A DNA stretch of 49,470 bases from Toensbergia leucococca (taxonomy: Eukaryota). Under the pieces are notes generated by a model, which was given only the letters and a program-made list of their open reading frames with translations, ran no database searches and was not told where the DNA came from. The stretch covers positions 62,001 to 111,470 of the forward strand of contig JALDZS010000069.1 in assembly GCA_022813965.1 (NCBI GenBank). The letters run 5' to 3'. The first letter of the stretch is position 1; each line of letters starts with the position of its first letter. Both the position numbers and the translations under genes were made by a program. Positions 48,752-49,470 of this stretch are shown here, one piece after another.

Positions 48752-48895
48752 CGAGGTACAAGGGACCTATTGAGATTTATTAGAAAAATGCTTATGAAGG
48801 TTAGGACTGTAGAAAGTAATTACTCGAACCCTCAACCTTGACATGACAACACTTTTGCTTAGGAGTGTCACGCGCTACCATTGCGCCAATACCCC
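48752..48895 (-). tRNA. tRNA-Arg(CCU) in three exons (48895-48860, 48844-48824, 48766-48752), with a canonical 15-nt intron at 37/38 and a 57-nt GT-AG insertion at 58/59
   Basis: Joined sequence: GGGGTAT TG GCGC AATGGTA GCGC G TGACA CTCCTAA TGTCA AGGTT GAGGG TTCGAGT CCCTT GTACCTC G (72 nt). All four stems pair (three G-U pairs), the A15:U48 Levitt pair is intact, anticodon CCT lies at 48863-48861 and the discriminator is G. Confidence 0.93.
48767..48823 (-). other. Putative spliceosomal (U2-type) intron inside the tRNA T-loop
   Basis: GTAATTACTTTCTACAGTCCTAACCTTCATAAGCATTTTTCTAATAAATCTCAATAG: GTAATT donor, TTCTAAT branch site with the branch A 13 nt from the end, TAG acceptor, 57 nt. Confidence 0.8.
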
Positions 48896-49470
48896 GACAG
48901 AATTTAAAATTTCTTATTTTTTCGTATGAATAACTCTGGATTGAATTCCCTCAAGACGTCTCTACATTCTGTGTTTGACAGAGATTTGGGCTACTTGAAC
49001 ATCTCATTTCAGATGCACATAATGGGGCATAATCTAGTTTTTCCAATATTAGTAGCCAGTGAAGTATGATCGAAGATCATTCCTTGATCTCACGTGAAAC
49101 TCCTGAGTCGAAGAGATTTTGAACAAGAAAGAGAAAAGCTCATGATGCTTTACGGTCGCCATGCCGTTCCACCGTAAATAGTACGAATAGAACTAGGGAA
49201 TATATTTCTATGCTTGTCAAGCCCCAGTAGTTACTGCCTGTAATAGTACGCCACTTTTTGAGCTGCACGAGGACTATGTTGAAGACTTGAGAAGGAAAGC
49301 AAAATAGTCTCTTTAATTTTCTTTTTCTCTTGATAATTGAAATTATGAATAGAACTATTGTTTCTTGAAAGACTAAATTGTCTAAAGTTCATCGAAGAGC
49401 AAAGAGTCCTTACAGGGGTACTCTGATAGGTCCTGTCCCTTCGTATGATATTGCTAATTAGAAGACAACG

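Noticed and set aside
48824..48895. Reading the tRNA as a 3'-truncated pseudogene or a transposon/Starship insertion site (TTAC near the break)
   Set aside because: The missing 3' part lies only 57 nt away and pairs fully; no large element, recombinase gene or flanking direct repeat is present.
49141..49180. TTTACGGT/ACCGTAAA hairpin after a box C-like ATGATG
   Set aside because: Box C is imperfect and no suitably placed box D was found; insufficient for a snoRNA call.

Overview
Eukaryotic DNA from a filamentous ascomycete (Pezizomycotina; a lichen-forming lineage is only a guess). It is gene-dense, with short GT-AG introns. Fifteen protein-coding genes were reconstructed by hand: JSN1/PUF-RRM (partial), VPS72, an Ecl1-family gene, Nrd1/Mrn1, an F-box-like protein, an SDR, histone H4, an ANT1-like carrier, a RING-ZZ-SH3 protein, a divergent acetate kinase/phosphoketolase pair, a conserved hypothetical protein, the Msb2 mucin, a six-exon FKBP12 absent from the ORF track, and HIS2. 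There is also a 509-bp MITE with an 8-bp target-site duplication. The standout is a tRNA-Arg(CCU) gene at 48752-48895 (-). It has a normal 15-nt anticodon-loop intron plus a 57-nt insertion in the T-loop (position 58/59) with spliceosomal intron signals (GTAATT...CTAAT...TAG). Removing both restores a complete 72-nt cloverleaf. All calls come from manual reading and family recall; no database searches were run.
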